From Centroscyllium fabricii (taxonomy: Eukaryota), in NCBI GenBank assembly GCA_051313645.2, contig JBNRSN020000045.1, positions 6,324,001 to 6,388,000 on the forward strand: a stretch of 64,000 nt of DNA, given 5' to 3'. The notes below the pieces were generated by a model. That model was not told the origin of the DNA, searched no databases, and saw only the letters and a list, made by a program, of their open reading frames with translations. Shown here piece by piece: positions 60,240 through 64,000 of the stretch; position 1 is the stretch's first letter; each line of letters opens with the position of its first letter. The translations under genes were made by a program, and so were the position numbers.

Positions 60240-62120
60240 ATAGAGTTTGAGAATAACACTGGTGATCAACATAAAGGATAATCCGAATGTGTTTTATAAG
60301 TATATTAATGGCAAGAGGATAACTTGGGAAAGGGTAGGGCCCATTAGGGACCAAAGTGGCAATCTGTGTGTAGAGCCAGAGGATGTGGGTGTGGTTTTAA
60401 ATGAATGTTTTGCATCTGTGTTCACTATGGAGAAGGATGATGCAGTCATGGAAATCAGGCAGGGGGACTGTGATATACTTGAACATATTAGCATCGAGAG
60501 GGGGGAGGTGCTAAATGTTATAGCAGGCTTTAAAGTGGATAAATCCTCAGTCAGACACGGGATTTATCCCAGGCTGCTGTGTGAGGCAAATGAGGAGATT
60601 GCAGGGGCTCTGACACAAATTTTCAGAACATCTCTGGCCACAGGTGATGTGCCAAAGTACCGGAGACAGCTAAAGTAATGCCAATATTCAAGAAAGGTAG
60701 TAGGGATAAACCAGGGAAGTACAGACGAGTGAGCCTAACATCAATGGTAGGGAAATTACTGGAAAACATACTGAGGGACAGAATTAGTCTCCACTTGGAG
60801 AGGCAAGGAATACTCAAGGATAGTCAGCATGGCTTTGTCAAGGGAAGGTCATGTCTGACCAATTTGAATGAATTGTTCGAGTCGGTAACTACGTGCATGG
60901 ATGAGGGTAGTGCAGTGGATGTGGTATACATGGATTTCAGTAAGGCTTTTGATAAAGTCCCACATAGGAGACTGGGCAAGAAGTTAACTGCCCATTGTAT
61001 CCAGGGCACCTTGGTACATTGGATCCAAAACTGGCTTAGTGGCAGAAGACAGAGGGTGATGGTCGAAGGTTGTTTTTGTGACTGGAAGCCTGTGCCCAGC
61101 GGGGTACCGCAGGGATCGGTGCTGGGTCCCTTGCTGTTTTTAGTCTACCTTAATGATTTGGATATGAATGTAAACGGTATGATCAGTAAGTTCGCAGATG
61201 ACACAGAAATTAGTGGGGTGGTAAAAAGCGAGGAGGGACGCCTCAGTCTGCAGGACGATATAGATGGGTTGGGCAGAGGGGCATAACAGAGCGAAATGGA
61301 ATTTAACCCTGAATAGTATGAGGTGATTCAATTTGGAAGAACTACCAAGGCAAGGGAATACACACTGAATGGTAAGAGCCTAGGAATGACAGAGGATCAG
61401 CGGGACCTTGGGGTGCATGTTCATAGATCCTTAAAGGCAGCAGGGCAGGTGGATAAGGTGGTTTAAAAGGCATATGGGATACCTGCCTTCATTAGCCGAG
61501 GCATATAATATAAGAGCAGGGAGGTTATGATGGAGCTGTACAAAACGCTGGTGATTCCACATCTGGAGTACTGTGTGCAGTTCTGGTCGCCAAACTATAG
61601 GAAGGATGTGATTGATTTGGAGAGGTTGCAGAGGAGATTCACCAGGATGCTGCCTGGGCCGGAGCACTTCAGCTATGAAGAAAGACTGGACAGGCTGGGG
61701 TTGATTTCCTTGGAGCAGAGAAGGTTGAGGGGGGGGGGGGGTGACTTGATTGAGGTGCAGAAAATTATGATGTGCATAGATAGTGTAGATAGAAAGGGAC
61801 TTGTTCCCTTAGAAGAGGAATCAATAACATGGGGGCATAGTTTCAAGGTAAGGGGCAGGAGGTTTAGAGGAGATTTGAGGAAGAACCTTTTCACCCAGAG
61901 AGTGGTTGGGATCTGGAACACACTGCCTGAAAGGGTGGTAGAGGCAGGAACCCTCACAACATTCAAGAATCATTTAGATGAGCACTTGAAGTGCCATAGC
62001 ATACAAGGATACGGACCAGATGCAGGAAAATTGGATTACAATAGACACGTTTTGATGGCCAATGCGGACACGATGGGCCAAAGGGTCTTTTTCTGTGCTG
62101 TATAACTCTATGAATCTATT
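60240..62120 (+). mobile_element. CR1 LINE (decayed ORF2 and 3'UTR)
   Basis: QHGFVKGRSCLTNL, GVPQGSVLGP, FADDT and HLEYCVQFWSP across broken frames. CTATGA tail. Confidence 0.92.
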
Positions 62121-62734
62121 GGAGAGTCTAGCCACAATATTCCATTAAAAATGGCGCTTTGTCAGAGGATTGAAGACACCGGCCACAATCTTCCAAACTA
62201 TATGGGGGTGATGGCAGGGGTGAGAAGACTCTAACCACATTTTAATAGATATTAGGGGGGCTGAGTATTGAAGACCTTGGCTACAATCTTCGAAATGATA
62301 TGCGCATCGAGCACATCATAGCTTCTCTTCATGTGGTTTATTTTTTTAGTCGCTGCTCCTTTACCCGTCTGTTACACTTTGTATATCACTGCGAGCCTTT
62401 CCGCTGCTGAAAGGTCTGTCCTGTGGGGCCAGAGGAGGCGGAACTTAGGGGCTGACCGTATCTGCGTATCAGCTCTCCTCTCCCAGCCCGCTCAAGGTCA
62501 GATCCGTGCAAACAGGGAAATGCTTGCAAAAGTAACTTCAGATCTGTTTGGATCCCACTGGGATAGAAACGAATATTTGTCTTATTAGAACAGACACGGA
62601 GTCACAATTCACTCGTGTCATCGGAACAGTAGCACATTTAATCCGATTCTATGTTTTTTGTCCGTTAAACAATCTTCAATCATGCTAGTATTTTATTCGC
62701 AATCGTCTGAGCCCTAATTCTCTATAATAACCAC

Positions 62735-64000
62735 GTGCGTGGCACCTGCTCGAATGCCTTCTGAAAATCCAAATACACAACACCCACTGGACCCCTTATC
62801 TATTCTGTTAGTTACAACCTCAAACACGATTTCCCTTTCATAAATCCCTGTTGACTCTGCCCAATCCTATTATTATTTTCTAAGTGCCCTCTTATCACAT
62901 GCTTAATAACAGATTCTAGCATTTTCCCTACTACTGATGTCAGGCTAACTGCTCTGTGGTTCCCCATTTCCTCTCTCCGTCCGTTCTTAAATACTGGGGT
63001 TTACATTTACCACCTTGCAATCTGCGGGAAACGTTCTAGAATCTATGAAATTTAAAAATGACAACCGATGCATCCATTATCTCTGTAGCCAATCCTTTTA
63101 AAATCGTAGGATGTAGGCCACCAGATCCAGGGGGATCTATCGGCTTTCCGTCGCATTAATTTCTCCAGTACTACTTTTCTACTAATACTAATCTTTCAGT
63201 TCCTCCAGCTCGCTTGACCCTTGGTTATCCACTATTTCTGGGGATTTTTTACTCTTCTTCTGTGAAGACAGACACAACATATTCATTCAATTTTTCAGCC
63301 ACTTCCTTATTCCCAGTCATAATTTCTCCTGTCTCAGCCTGTAAGGAACCCACATTTACTTTCTCCAATGTTTTTCTTTTTACATATCTATAGAAGATTT
63401 TAGAGTATGTTTTCATGTCTCTCGCTAGTTTACCCGCATATTCTATTTTCCTTTTTCTTCATTACTTTCATGGTTCCCCTTTGCTGATTTTTAAAATCCT
63501 CCCATTCCCCAGGATTGCTACTCTTTTTGGCAGCTCCATAAGCATCTTCCTTTGACTTAATACTATCTTTAACTTCTCTTCTTAGCCACGGTTGGACCAC
63601 TTCTCCTGTGAGATTTTACCTACTTAAAGTAACATGTATTTGTTGTAATTTATGTCTTAATTCTTTAAATGCTAGCCGTTGCCCGTCCACGGTGTTACCT
63701 TTTAATGTAGATTACCAATCTACCTTAGCCAATTAGCCCCTCATAACTACATAGTTTGTTTTGTTTACATTTAAGACCCTAGTTTCGGATTTAACTAAAT
63801 CCTTTCAAATTCATATAAAATTCTATCATATGGTCACTCTTCCCTAAAGGCCCCTTTACTAAAAGGTAATTAATTACCCCTTTCCCGTGGAACAATACCA
63901 GATCTAAAATAGCCTGGTTGCTCAACATACTTATCTGGAAAACTATCGTGCTAACATTCAGTTAATTCGTGCTCCACACTATTACCGCAGATTTGATTTG
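62735..64000 (-). mobile_element. Decayed CR1 internal fragment running off the window
   Basis: The minus strand resembles the CR1 endonuclease-to-RT linker and early RT (LDFQKAF, SLTSVVGKMLES). Confidence 0.8.

Overview
Repeat-rich vertebrate genomic DNA, very probably from a shark or ray, judged by HE1/V-SINE-like SINEs, HER1/CR1 LINEs, a Deu-domain SINE and Penelope-type elements. The only apparently functional host gene is a two-exon class A GPCR on the minus strand, resembling the GPR139/GPR142 group. Its exon 1 CDS is 46879-46948, followed by a 16-kb phase-1 GT-AG intron and exon 2 at 29967-30868, giving about 323 aa. A second paralogous exon 1 with its TATA box lies at 3763-3832, within a segmental duplication (1-~5830 vs ~40405-54735), so the window is part of a tandem receptor cluster. 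Both introns carry a decayed env-bearing LTR element whose envelope looks like a class I (F-type) fusion protein. The rest comprises a full-length Tf1/sushi-type chromoviral Gypsy element (48877-54629, with self-priming and frameshift signals), many CR1, L2, Rex1 and Penelope fragments (the last with hammerhead-like cores), SINEs, MITEs, several minisatellites, CT-rich low-complexity DNA and a fossil C2H2 zinc-finger array split by MITEs. All alignments and translations were done by eye.
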